Counted from the first letter of the stretch, positions 9,115-18,390 are shown. The stretch is DNA of 64,000 nucleotides from a virus (IMGVR_UViG_3300032270_000543:64001-128000); one strand, 5' to 3'. Notes: a model not told the origin generated them from the sequence alone. Program-made: numbers and translations.

Positions 9115-11424
9115 ATGCCAAGAAAGTCCAGAAAATCCCAACGAGCCAAAGACAAGGCACGAAAGCAAAACGCTGCAAAACTGAAGCAATTTGAGCAGCG
9201 GGCTAAAATGGTGGAGACTTCTCCAGTATCTAATGCTGTGCCTTCGTATATGGACACTTCCTCTACATCGGCAAACGCTCCGATTGACATTCCTGTTCCC
9301 GCGCCAGCAGGCGACACCCCACAGGAAAAGAAGGAAGAGAATACTCAAGTAAAGACCGAACTCAAACTGCTTGAGCGCATCATGCAGGCAAGAAAGCAGC
9401 GGGGCATCGAACCAGGACCAATCGAAAAGATGGTCGTAGGTCTTGAAGGGCAAAAGGGTATCCGTCAGCAGATTCAAGATTTTGCCAGCAAGAACAAAGC
9501 ACTGTTCGACAAAAGCACACCAGAAGGAATGGCTGCGCGTACTCTGTATAGCGAGGCTGTATCACTGTCTGAAGATGCGCTGAGTGCAGACCGCGAAGAA
9601 GCAAAACGCATTTATGATCGTCTACAATTCATTCTTGATGTTGTAAAACAAAGCCAAGGCGATCAGTCTCCTATTGCAAAGAATCTAGAAGAAGTCATAA
9701 AGCCTGTGCGCGATGCTATACGCGAAAAGAGTGGCTTCGGGGCTATGGTGAAGGAACGGCTAAAGGGTTATGCACAAAGCATACCCGAAAGGCTGCTTGG
9801 AAGCATTCCTATTGTCGGGGATCTGCTTGCCCAAAACTATAAAGAAAACCGCGAAGGAAAAGAGCGGGTTGAGAGTTATTCAGGAAGACTCTACGAAAAA
9901 ATTGCACAACAAGGTAAAACAGCAAGAGCCTTGGAAGAAGAACTGTTTGACCCCGAAGAGACTGCTGCTGCAACCACTCAAGAATCTAGCGACGAGGCAG
10001 TTGCAGGAGCAATTGTCGATTCCACCAACACCGTGGAACGAGTTGCTAAAACAATTGGCGGAACGAAAGCATCCGAACTATTCACGAATCTTGACGGGCA
10101 AGACTCCGAAAGTGACGACCCAAAGAAAAATCCTATGGGTGCGGTATACCATGAGGCTGTAGAGATTCGTAAACTGCTAGAGCAGGCTTTTGGTCCAAAG
10201 ACGCAGGACATGGCTGAAAAGAAGTCTGGCTTGCTCGAAAAAATAGAAAAGACATTCACCGAGAGCAAGAAGGAAACGGATTCTCAAACGGTAGAACAGA
10301 TCAAAGAAAAAGAAACACAGAATGCCGCTGTGGTTGCAAAGGCTGCGGCTACTGAAGCAGCAGAAGCAACCACACAGCCTGCACAGGTTCAGGCAGCAAC
10401 CCAAGCGGTTGCTCAAGCCGTAAAGACCGAAGCGACTGCTTCCGAAAAGACGGATGCTATAACTGCAACTACAACATCGCTTGAAAAAGCAAAGGAAGCA
10501 GTCAAAGGAACTCCCGCTCCAAAGAAGCCGAAGACTGAAAAGGAAGAAAATCTCAAAGATGCCGCCACAGGAATGTTCAAAGAGATTTTCATGGGGGCAA
10601 CTGCTGCACAAGATGTTCGTCCAACGGCACAGATCATATCCGATGTAGGTGGAGAATACGCAGAGGCTCTTCAAGAACTCACAGGCGGAAACTACTCCAA
10701 GAAGATCAAAGATGTGCTTGGAATTGCCACAGACTACAATCCTGGCAATCAGGCAGGAAAGACCACAGGCATCAAGAGAACTTTTGGAGAAAAAATCCGC
10801 GACATATACAACACAGTATTCTCAAAAGAAACTGCTACGGTTGCGGGTTCGGGGGCAACAATAGTTCCAACAGGTTCCAATGCCAATGCAACAAATGCAA
10901 TGGTGGCTGGAAAGGTGGGAGAAGCACTTGGTGGATCATCGGGTTCCATTCCTGTATCCGCCATTCCATCAGTGTTTGGCGGTCCACTGTCGGATTCCAT
11001 TCCTGTATCCGCCATTCCATCAGTGTTTGGCGGTCCACTGTCGGATGTGTCTTCGATAAACAATACATCGGTATTTAATGATCTGAAAACCATGCCGTTG
11101 AGTACGGGAACACTTCAATCACTATCAGGAACTTTCGGTACACCCGAACTACGCGCACCGAATACAACATTCGGAAACATCACTCCTGCTCAACTGCCAA
11201 ACTCCACACTCGGAAAGACGCTAATCCAATACAATACAGAGCGTATCTCCATGATGGAAGCACAGAAGAAAAAGGAACTAACACCCGCTCCAACAATTGT
11301 GCCATCCAATACGAGTGTCAGCAACAAGACTTCTGTAGTGAACAACAACTTCAATGATGAGGTTCGTGTTCGTAACAACGAAGCAACACTGCGACAACTG
11401 CAACGCGAATCTCTCATGCGTTAA
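9115..11424 (+). CDS. Tape-measure-like / baseplate hub tail-length determinator (gp29-like)
   Basis: 769 aa helical Ala/Glu/Lys-rich protein after gp26/gp51; C-terminal ..SNKTSVVNNN...VRNNEAT typical of T4-like gp29 analogues. Confidence 0.6.
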   Translation: MPRKSRKSQRAKDKARKQNAAKLKQFEQRAKMVETSPVSNAVPSYMDTSSTSANAPIDIPVPAPAGDTPQEKKEENTQVKTELKLLERIMQARKQRGIEPGPIEKMVVGLEGQKGIRQQIQDFASKNKALFDKSTPEGMAARTLYSEAVSLSEDALSADREEAKRIYDRLQFILDVVKQSQGDQSPIAKNLEEVIKPVRDAIREKSGFGAMVKERLKGYAQSIPERLLGSIPIVGDLLAQNYKENREGKERVESYSGRLYEKIAQQGKTARALEEELFDPEETAAATTQESSDEAVAGAIVDSTNTVERVAKTIGGTKASELFTNLDGQDSESDDPKKNPMGAVYHEAVEIRKLLEQAFGPKTQDMAEKKSGLLEKIEKTFTESKKETDSQTVEQIKEKETQNAAVVAKAAATEAAEATTQPAQVQAATQAVAQAVKTEATASEKTDAITATTTSLEKAKEAVKGTPAPKKPKTEKEENLKDAATGMFKEIFMGATAAQDVRPTAQIISDVGGEYAEALQELTGGNYSKKIKDVLGIATDYNPGNQAGKTTGIKRTFGEKIRDIYNTVFSKETATVAGSGATIVPTGSNANATNAMVAGKVGEALGGSSGSIPVSAIPSVFGGPLSDSIPVSAIPSVFGGPLSDVSSINNTSVFNDLKTMPLSTGTLQSLSGTFGTPELRAPNTTFGNITPAQLPNSTLGKTLIQYNTERISMMEAQKKKELTPAPTIVPSNTSVSNKTSVVNNNFNDEVRVRNNEATLRQLQRESLMR
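10944..11045 (+). repeat. Exact 51-bp tandem duplication (SIPVSAIPSVFGGPLSD x2)
   Basis: 10944-10994 identical to 10995-11045. Confidence 0.95.
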
Positions 11425-11451
11425 AAGAAAAAGGCGCACTTTCGTGCGCCT
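11423..11451 (-). terminator. Intrinsic terminator between convergent gp29-like and gp32
   Basis: AGGCGCAC-tttc-GTGCGCCT hairpin with U-tract on minus strand. Confidence 0.8.
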
Positions 11452-11474
11452 CTTCCTGCGAAACCGAAGGGGAT

Positions 11475-12419
11475 TTAGTCTTCGCTTGCCAACTTCTCAA
11501 AGTAGGACAAAGCGTCTTCCGTGTCGTCATCGTCAGTCTTGACGGCTTCCTTCACGGGAGCGGGCTTCTTGGTTGGAGGCGGGGACAGCGAAGGCTTACG
11601 CGCAGGAGCAGCGTCCTCGTCACCAAACGAAGCCTTCTCCGCGCCACCCTTCGCAACCGCGTCCGATGCAGTTGCACGAATGTTGCCGCCAAGAACCTGT
11701 TCAAGACGAGCCTTGAGTTCGTCATAGGACTTGAAGTTCTTGGGATCAGTGAACTCCTTCAGCGAGTACTGCGTCTTCCACAACTTCTCAAGCGCAGCGT
11801 CATCGCCGCCAAGCAGTGCTGACGGGGCAGAGAATTCGCTCTTGTCGAAGTTTGCGTAGCCGTCCACCTGACGAATCTTCAACTTGAAGTTTGCACCGTT
11901 CCAAAAATCAAACGGATTCATGGGCTTCTCGTCTTGGAACTCAGGGTTCATCGCACCCTGAATCTTCTCGAAAATCTTCTTGCCGTACTTGAACAGGAAC
12001 ACCTTGCCCTCGTTCTCGGGGTGCTTGGGGTCGCTGACTACAAGCACATTGCTGATGTACGACAAACGCCGCTTACGATCACGGGCAATCGCCTTGTCCT
12101 TGTCGGAACCGCTCTCCCACAGAAGATTGTTCATCTCGGACACAGGATCCTTGAGTCCAATTGTGGTCAGTGAGTTCTCAATGTACCAACCACCTGGTCC
12201 ACGGAAACCGTGGCTCCACACACGCGCCCACGGCAGATCCTCGCCATCGGGTGCGGGCAGAAAGCGGATCTCCGCGTAGCCATTGCCTGTCTTGTCTGTT
12301 TCAGCCTTCCAAAGGCGGTCATCCTTGTACGACTCGGACTTCTTCGCCATCTTGTCCATTTCGCTTGCAAGCGACTGGTACGAGTTCTTGGAAGCGTTCT
12401 TGAGGTCTTTGAATCCCAT
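11475..12419 (-). CDS. gp32: Single-stranded DNA-binding protein gp32
   Basis: DDRLWK, GNGYAEIRFLPAPDGEDLPW, WYIENSLTT, FKYGKKIF, NPFDFWNGANFKLKIR, acidic tail ALSYFEKLA. Confidence 0.97.
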   Translation of the reverse strand: MGFKDLKNASKNSYQSLASEMDKMAKKSESYKDDRLWKAETDKTGNGYAEIRFLPAPDGEDLPWARVWSHGFRGPGGWYIENSLTTIGLKDPVSEMNNLLWESGSDKDKAIARDRKRRLSYISNVLVVSDPKHPENEGKVFLFKYGKKIFEKIQGAMNPEFQDEKPMNPFDFWNGANFKLKIRQVDGYANFDKSEFSAPSALLGGDDAALEKLWKTQYSLKEFTDPKNFKSYDELKARLEQVLGGNIRATASDAVAKGGAEKASFGDEDAAPARKPSLSPPPTKKPAPVKEAVKTDDDDTEDALSYFEKLASED

Positions 12420-12495
12420 GTGTATCTCCTTGTACGGTATGTACGGTGTATAAAAGTAGTATGGTGACGAACAGTTCAGTCACGACTATGTAGAC

Positions 12496-12523
12496 AGTAT
12501 AGCAGAGGTATGCTGCGTGTCAA
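12496..12523 (-). promoter_or_regulatory. Sigma70-like promoter of gp32
   Basis: TTGACA-N16-TATACT. Confidence 0.8.
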
Positions 12524-12735
12524 ACAGGAAGTCGCGTTTTCTTCGGAAGCAGATTTAGTTCCTGCCCCTCAGCCTTGATTTTTTCAATGATTGGCTTACT
12601 CAAAAACTTGGCAGCCAGTTGAGGCTCCATGCCGTAGCGTTCGCAAACGGCAATAACAGCATCAATATACGAAACTTCGTACTTCTTTACATGGTTTTCG
12701 ACTTCTTTGGGGAAGCGTATGTTGTTGATGTCCAT
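12520..12735 (-). CDS. gp33: Late transcription coactivator gp33
   Basis: SYIDAVIAVCE...LSKPIIEKIKAEGQELNLLPKKTRLPV; upstream of gp32. Confidence 0.88.
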   Translation of the reverse strand: MDINNIRFPKEVENHVKKYEVSYIDAVIAVCERYGMEPQLAAKFLSKPIIEKIKAEGQELNLLPKKTRLPV

Positions 12736-12816
12736 GTCAGCCTTACTTTCGGAAATATACATAGGTGAGGTATCCTTATTTAGTCTTTACGCCCACGACC
12801 ATCAGCGGAGAAGCCA

Positions 12817-14574
12817 ATGGCAGCGACCAGCGACAACTACACGATTGTTACCAGTGGTACTACTTATACCATAGCCAGCGATTATGTCAAGCCCTCTGGT
12901 GCTGGAGAAACTGCACATCATCAGATTGTGAAGGTTGCCTACGGTGCAAATGACACCGTGAATTATGTGTCCAACATCGCACCAATGCCTGTTGGTCTAT
13001 GTGGTGCATGGACTCGCTACGAATTTCTAACTCCCACAGGCTACTACAGTCTTGCAGCAACACTGGTAGGAACCACAGGAACCGTGTTGTCTATTGCTGG
13101 TGTCTCTGGTGCAACTGCTATTGGCATCACTGTGGGAACCGTAACGGTTGCTGGCGCATCATTCTCCATCAGGAATCTGTTTGGTGGAGCAATGGGTAGT
13201 ACGCTAGGCACAACTACAGGATTTGATTATGTTGGAGTTCAAGGTGTATCTGGCGCGTATCCTGTTGGAATCACTGTTGGAACCATTCCTGTCAGCATAC
13301 AGTCCACATCAAACCTTGGAATATTCGGAGTATCTGGTGCAACTGCAATCGGCATCAGCGCAAGTAATTTTGATATTCGTGGTCTTACAACGAACAAAGA
13401 CAGCATCACTGTATACGGAGCAGGCATATCTGGAAGCGTGGTATCGAGCCTGTATGCCTACGACACAGGCATTTCGGGTGGCGGCATCTCCATACTGCAT
13501 TCCACAGGAAACGCCCTAAAGGTAAACCTGGCTTCCGCTGCTACGGGTGTGACAGTAACCGCAAACAACCTTGATATCCGTGATCTAAACTACACATCGG
13601 ATACTGTAACTGTAATTGGCAACGGAGCCACAGACAATAAGTCAAAAGCAACGGTTCCCACATATGTGACTGTAGCGGCAGGAGTTTCGGGATCTCTCAC
13701 ACAGGTTGGTGGTGCCACGGGAGCAGGCTGGTGTGCTGCTGCCATGAATGTGTATCTTGTAAACTCTGGATTCTCGTTCAACGCATACGCAACATTCAGC
13801 ACTGGCATCGGAATCTCGCAGGCTTCGTATCTGCCTGTTCCTGTTCAAGGAACTACTTCCGCAACCCGTGGTGTTTGGGTGGTCGGAGACACCGCCAACG
13901 GACCAGTGCTTGTCAAGGGATACTCGGGCGGATATCTGCCTGTTCAGGTTGCCAACAACGATATTGCAACATCCACAGTGAATACCTCGGTTCAGCAAGT
14001 CAAAACAAACACAGACTTCCTCATCGGCATGAAGAAGGCTCTGTACTCTGACTCGGTATCGGTTGGAGCATTTGACTTCCCAGACAAGCAATCCATCTAT
14101 GCACTCGTCCGCGACAATGTTGGCGCACAACTCACACTGCTAGGAAATTCAATTGTTGCAAACGGAGCGCCAGTAACATCGCAATCTTCTCTTGCAGTCA
14201 CCGTTGTCGGATCCAAGCAACAGCCCTCGTTCATGTCACGAACAGGATTCGTGGGATTTGCCGCAAAGAACCTGAACGAATTCAACTCGGGTTCGGGTTT
14301 CACTTGCGGTTCAGGTGTCCGTATCAAGACTGCAAGAATTGCATCGGGAACAACTGCTTCATCCAATCAGTTCCTGTGTGTCATGTCAGTGGCTGATGCT
14401 GGACTGTACGGTATAACAAACGGATCTGCTGCGTATGTGCTGTATCACGGAGAAGAGATGTTCTTCGATGTGGACAACATCAACAAGATTCAAGTATTCT
14501 ATCCTGCATATTCTTCGGGCTTTGCTCCGAACAACACCTCGCAGGGCATGACCTTCTCGTTCTACGCTTCGTGA
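12817..14574 (+). CDS. Gly/Thr/Ser-rich virion structural protein
   Basis: 585 aa, repeated GVSGATAIGIT and DIRxL..D.(I/V)TV motifs; late-promoter-like TACATA upstream. Confidence 0.6.
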   Translation: MAATSDNYTIVTSGTTYTIASDYVKPSGAGETAHHQIVKVAYGANDTVNYVSNIAPMPVGLCGAWTRYEFLTPTGYYSLAATLVGTTGTVLSIAGVSGATAIGITVGTVTVAGASFSIRNLFGGAMGSTLGTTTGFDYVGVQGVSGAYPVGITVGTIPVSIQSTSNLGIFGVSGATAIGISASNFDIRGLTTNKDSITVYGAGISGSVVSSLYAYDTGISGGGISILHSTGNALKVNLASAATGVTVTANNLDIRDLNYTSDTVTVIGNGATDNKSKATVPTYVTVAAGVSGSLTQVGGATGAGWCAAAMNVYLVNSGFSFNAYATFSTGIGISQASYLPVPVQGTTSATRGVWVVGDTANGPVLVKGYSGGYLPVQVANNDIATSTVNTSVQQVKTNTDFLIGMKKALYSDSVSVGAFDFPDKQSIYALVRDNVGAQLTLLGNSIVANGAPVTSQSSLAVTVVGSKQQPSFMSRTGFVGFAAKNLNEFNSGSGFTCGSGVRIKTARIASGTTASSNQFLCVMSVADAGLYGITNGSAAYVLYHGEEMFFDVDNINKIQVFYPAYSSGFAPNNTSQGMTFSFYAS

Positions 14575-14583
14575 GCCAACCGA

Positions 14584-16866
14584 ATGTTCAAAAATCGCAA
14601 CTTCATCAGCCTGAATAAACACTTTGATGTCGCTGAAGTTCCTGTCACTTTACGAGTAACAGGAAATGCGGCAAGAGGCGATTTTGACACATATCTCGTA
14701 ACAGGTCCAATCACGAACGCAAAAACTATTTTCGAGCCTGCCACCGCGTCGTTCCAATCTGTTGCAGACACGGAAACTGATAACCTATTGCTTCCGCGAG
14801 CAAAAGAATACATCAAGGTAGGTAGCAAGGCAGGAGACAACGGAAGCACCCGATATCGCGGACTTCTCCAATACAACCTAGCATCAGACTTTGCTGCTGC
14901 GGTGGGTGACCGCTCGTATGTGGTGCAGAGGGCTGTGCTTACCCTGACTCCCAAAGACGGAATTCCTGTTTCGGGAACGGTGGAAGCGCAGTTGACTGGT
15001 CAAGAAATGGTATCGGATGCAGCCACATGGGACAGTCCCGATCCCAAGAACAACAAAAGTTGGGATGGATCATCAGGTGGTGTTCTGTTCAGAAGCATTG
15101 CCACCTATCCGTGGTATATTCCTGGATGGTCAGGAAACGACCCACTGGTGTTTCCGAATCCTGATGCAGGACATATATTTGGAAGCAGTGACTGTGGATA
15201 TATTCGTCCTGGTGCGCTACCTGGCGATATACGGAATCCCAATATTGATATTCCTGGAGATTTAAAACACCGCAGAATTCCTATACACGAACCTCCAATC
15301 GGGATATCATCCGATATCGGACCCGAATACCCGATCTTTGTACCCATCAAGCCAATAGGAATCAACCCGCAAGGTGACGGCGCGGGTGAAGAATTGTACT
15401 ATTGGCAGGGGGTATATTGGAGAAGAACTGTAGCACCTAATGGAAAATACATTTGGCAATTTGCAATTCCTATGGGAAAAGACCGCAAACCAGGATGGGT
15501 AATATTCCATCCGTGTTTGGGTGTTGAGTTTTGTCTGGAGTATTCACCAGATGGCGGTATAAAATACCGACCAGTAATTAGTCCACAATATAGCGAAAAT
15601 CCTTGGGATCCATTCAATCCACCTGGAAATGATGGTCTTCCTCCAGAATACATAGCACCACCCGCAGATTACCCATACACAGTGGAATCCGAAGAAGAGG
15701 ACAATGGATTAGGACGCCAAGAGCGAAAGTATCTGATCCATCCAAGAATCGGAGATGGTGGACTTGGCTATCCCACACCCAATCCATACGGCAGCAATCC
15801 TCCTGAAGATTGGCATTATGAACATCCTCCGTGTCGCTTTACTGATCCAAACGAACCATATTTTCCTGGTCCTGGTTGGGAGGGCAGCGATTATCCGTAT
15901 CCACCTGGTGGAACAGCAGGACCAAAACCAATTCCCGCAGAAGCAGAATCGGTTCTTGAACAAATGTCTCGTTGCCTTGGTAGGAACGATATTGGAGACA
16001 CCACCACATTTGACGACAACGCATTCACATTTTTAGATTCTCGCAAGTCAGCAGAACTGGTTACTACTGCAAGCAAAGTAAAACTAGACATCACTTCTGC
16101 TGTAAGCGAATGGTCACGAAATCCGCAGCAGCCTCTATCGCTATTGGTATACTCTCCTTCCAACGAACAGCAGGACAAAGTGTTCGAATTCGAGTCTTTA
16201 GAGTCTGTAGCGGTTCCGATTGGTGATGCTGTGTTCACAACTTGCACTTTCTTGAGCGCGGGAGACACCACAACAGTCCATACCAAAGGTGCAGCATCTG
16301 TTTTGGAGGCTAACGGCAGCAATATACTTGTCACCGTGGTAGACAATGACCCCGTATCAGCACAGAATTTTGCGTCATTTCAAAATATAGTGTCTGTTGG
16401 GGCAACTTTTGACCTGATTGACTCTGATATAAACAACGGAGTCAATCTAGGAACCACAACTTGCACGGTTTTGGCTCGTCCTGCGTCAAATTCAGTGCTG
16501 ATCAGCGGACTAGTTCTACCAAACGGACTCACCTCGCACGAAGCCACTCTTGAATTCGTGGCTACAGTCGCGGTTCCTGCTGAAGTCTATATCCTAGACA
16601 TCGCAAATCCGTCGTCCACAACGCTGAAAGCATTTGAAGAGTTGAATACGAATGACGGATTGGGCATTCGTTACCTGTCTGGTGCTGCCAACAACAATTC
16701 CAAAGACTTTACACTCAAACTGGTATCCGATGACACACTCTACAACAGCCGTTTGCGTATATTCTTCAACGAATCTGTTGTTTCAGAGAGCAGAACAGGA
16801 AAACCAACTCAAATCATTCAAAGCGGCATCAAGCCGACTTTGGAGATTGACCTGATCCTGCGCTGA
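14584..16866 (+). CDS. Virion-type protein, DNRLRE-like beta domain with Pro-rich insertion
   Basis: RYRGLLQYNL, AVLTL, ATWDS...W...GG then ~300 aa Pro/Gly/Tyr-rich segment, resuming with LDITSAVSEW. Confidence 0.5.
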   Translation: MFKNRNFISLNKHFDVAEVPVTLRVTGNAARGDFDTYLVTGPITNAKTIFEPATASFQSVADTETDNLLLPRAKEYIKVGSKAGDNGSTRYRGLLQYNLASDFAAAVGDRSYVVQRAVLTLTPKDGIPVSGTVEAQLTGQEMVSDAATWDSPDPKNNKSWDGSSGGVLFRSIATYPWYIPGWSGNDPLVFPNPDAGHIFGSSDCGYIRPGALPGDIRNPNIDIPGDLKHRRIPIHEPPIGISSDIGPEYPIFVPIKPIGINPQGDGAGEELYYWQGVYWRRTVAPNGKYIWQFAIPMGKDRKPGWVIFHPCLGVEFCLEYSPDGGIKYRPVISPQYSENPWDPFNPPGNDGLPPEYIAPPADYPYTVESEEEDNGLGRQERKYLIHPRIGDGGLGYPTPNPYGSNPPEDWHYEHPPCRFTDPNEPYFPGPGWEGSDYPYPPGGTAGPKPIPAEAESVLEQMSRCLGRNDIGDTTTFDDNAFTFLDSRKSAELVTTASKVKLDITSAVSEWSRNPQQPLSLLVYSPSNEQQDKVFEFESLESVAVPIGDAVFTTCTFLSAGDTTTVHTKGAASVLEANGSNILVTVVDNDPVSAQNFASFQNIVSVGATFDLIDSDINNGVNLGTTTCTVLARPASNSVLISGLVLPNGLTSHEATLEFVATVAVPAEVYILDIANPSSTTLKAFEELNTNDGLGIRYLSGAANNNSKDFTLKLVSDDTLYNSRLRIFFNESVVSESRTGKPTQIIQSGIKPTLEIDLILR

Positions 16867-17005
16867 TGCCAGTGGGCGTCTTTCCAAAAGGCAAAAGTCC
16901 ATTAAGCATCCTTCGCCGCTCCTCGCATTTACTGCAATGAGGGATGCCCACGGCATCGGTAACGGCTTTTATAGCGTCACCGAATCCATTGATAGGAATT
17001 TTCAT
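16829..17005 (-). CDS. Small CxxC protein (58 aa)
   Basis: MKIPINGFGDAIKAVTDAVGIPHCSKCEERRRMLN...; ATGA overlap with upstream gene. Confidence 0.6.
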   Translation of the reverse strand: MKIPINGFGDAIKAVTDAVGIPHCSKCEERRRMLNGLLPFGKTPTGISAGSGQSPKSA

Positions 17006-17355
17006 TTTAGGCTCAACAGGTACTTGGTGTGATTCAATACACCAAGCATCTCGTCACGGATATTGAACAGATCGGTGTCGGAATCATCAAGGTATTCTTC
17101 AATCTCTTCCTTGAGGAACTTGATGCCGTCATCAATCACGGCGACTGAAGTAGCGTCACCGTAATCGCCCACTTCCATCTTGGCGGCTCCCGTGTGCCGA
17201 CCGTGTGCGCCAAAGTATGTCTCAACGAATGAGTCTACCAGACCGTCCAGAGCCTCGTATGCCTTACCCAGTGCCTTGTGTTCGGCATAGGATTCGGTTT
17301 GCCAGTGCAGGACGCGGATCTGATTTTGTAGAGTCAAGAATTTTCCAATGAGCAT
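17002..17355 (-). CDS. Dps/ferritin-like protein (DUF5856-like)
   Basis: LHWQTESYAEHKALGKAYEALDGLVDSFVE and NIRDEM...KYLL four-helix metal-binding pattern. Confidence 0.8.
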   Translation of the reverse strand: MLIGKFLTLQNQIRVLHWQTESYAEHKALGKAYEALDGLVDSFVETYFGAHGRHTGAAKMEVGDYGDATSVAVIDDGIKFLKEEIEEYLDDSDTDLFNIRDEMLGVLNHTKYLLSLK

Positions 17356-17616
17356 GGTAGCCTCCGTGTCATTATTTAGACACTAACAGGCTCTCGCTTC
17401 CCATAGGACGGCTCACGAACCTCCCTGAAGCCACACAGCCCGCACCGCGCAGAGTCTGCGTAGCCGTCCTCGTAGCCCCGTCCGTAAGCCCATGCGTACA
17501 GTTTCAGCGTTCCCGCTGCAAGAAGGGACGCTGCCGATATTCCAATTGAAAGATAGAAGAGTGTGTCCATACACTCTATATTCCTTTCCTGTGCGCTTGA
17601 ACCGTGCCTTAACAAA

Positions 17617-17688
17617 AGCCGCCTATCGGATTCGAACCGATGACCTGTTGATTACAAATCAACTGCACTACCACTGTGCTAAGACGGC
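17617..17688 (-). tRNA. tRNA-Thr(TGT)
   Basis: GCCGTCT...TT TGT AA...GGTTCGAATCC...AGGCGGCT cloverleaf; no encoded CCA. Confidence 0.93.
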
Positions 17689-17691
17689 GAA

Positions 17692-17774
17692 TGGGAGCGG
17701 AAGGATTCGAACCTTCGTAGCCGAATGGCAGCAGATTTACAATCTGCCCTCGTTGACCGCTTGAGTACACTCCC
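17692..17774 (-). tRNA. tRNA-Tyr(GTA)
   Basis: GGGAGTG...GCAGA TT GTA AA TCTGC, long variable arm, GGTTCGAATCC. Confidence 0.93.
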
Positions 17775-17775
17775 G

Positions 17776-17846
17776 TTCCCTCGCTAGGATTCGAACCTAG
17801 ACTAGAAGAATCAAAATCTCCTGTGCTACCTTTACACAACAAGGGA
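17776..17846 (-). tRNA. tRNA-Gln(TTG)
   Basis: TCCCTTG...GGAGA TT TTG AT TCTTC...GGTTCGAATCC...CGAGGGA. Confidence 0.9.
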
Positions 17847-17847
17847 A

Positions 17848-17936
17848 CGGACAAGGAAGGATTCGAACCTTCGGAAGACATATCTGCCTTCAGCGATTTA
17901 GCAAACCGCCGCATTCGACCACTCTGCCACCTGTCC
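17848..17936 (-). tRNA. tRNA-Ser(GCT)
   Basis: GGACAGG...GCGGT TT GCT AA ATCGC, long variable arm, G discriminator. Confidence 0.93.
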
Positions 17937-17941
17937 CGAAA

Positions 17942-18014
17942 TGATCCTGACGGGATTCGAACCCGTGTTCTCGCCGTGAAAGGGCGGTATCCTAGCCAAC
18001 TAGACGACAGGACC
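17942..18014 (-). tRNA. tRNA-Glu(TTC)
   Basis: GGTCCTG...CCGCC CT TTC AC GGCG...GGTTCGAATCC. Confidence 0.93.
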
Positions 18015-18017
18015 GAA

Positions 18018-18106
18018 AGCGTAGCGGAGGACTTGCACCTCTATTGCTCTGTATCAGATCACCCCTTGCAAGTAGGTGACCCTAGCAGCCTGGACGCTGA
18101 CTACGC
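18018..18106 (-). ncRNA. tRNA-like RNA (non-canonical) heading the tRNA array
   Basis: Acceptor GCGTAGT/GCTACGC, T-like arm GAGG-TGCAAGT-CCTC, 9-bp central stem with loop ACTTGCAAG. Confidence 0.6.
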
Positions 18107-18356
18107 AAAAAAGCGGCGGCTTTTGAATGGAGCCGCCGAACCATTTTCAGACGAGTGCTGTGTGCCACGGTACTCTGAAGTCACCGCTGCAAGAAGCCCG
18201 ACTTACTCTTGCATTCCTTTCGCCGTCTGCATATAGCAGAGAGCAAAGGCTTTATCCTGCGTTTGGTGGGTGTCAGCCGACCGTGTACATCGGTGCAGGA
18301 TGGGTTGGGCGCAATGTAAATAGTTAACAGGTATGGTTAGTCATCTGCTTCTCCAT
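18107..18356 (-). ncRNA. Structured leader/ncRNA upstream of tRNA array
   Basis: Five consecutive hairpins ending in CGGCGGCT/AGCCGCCG plus U6; no convincing ORF beyond a 10-codon leaderless uORF. Confidence 0.55.
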
Positions 18357-18362
18357 GTCGAT

Positions 18363-18390
18363 AGTATAGCACAGTTGCTTCCGCAGTCAA
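18363..18390 (-). promoter_or_regulatory. Sigma70-like promoter of tRNA operon
   Basis: TTGACT-N16-TATACT with TG extension. Confidence 0.8.

Noticed and set aside
15080-15990. Possible intein in the 760-aa protein
   Set aside because: No C/S start with HN-C/S/T end and no LAGLIDADG motifs seen
17492-18327. ORFs overlapping the tRNA cluster
   Set aside because: They overlap clear tRNA cloverleafs and the structured leader; spurious
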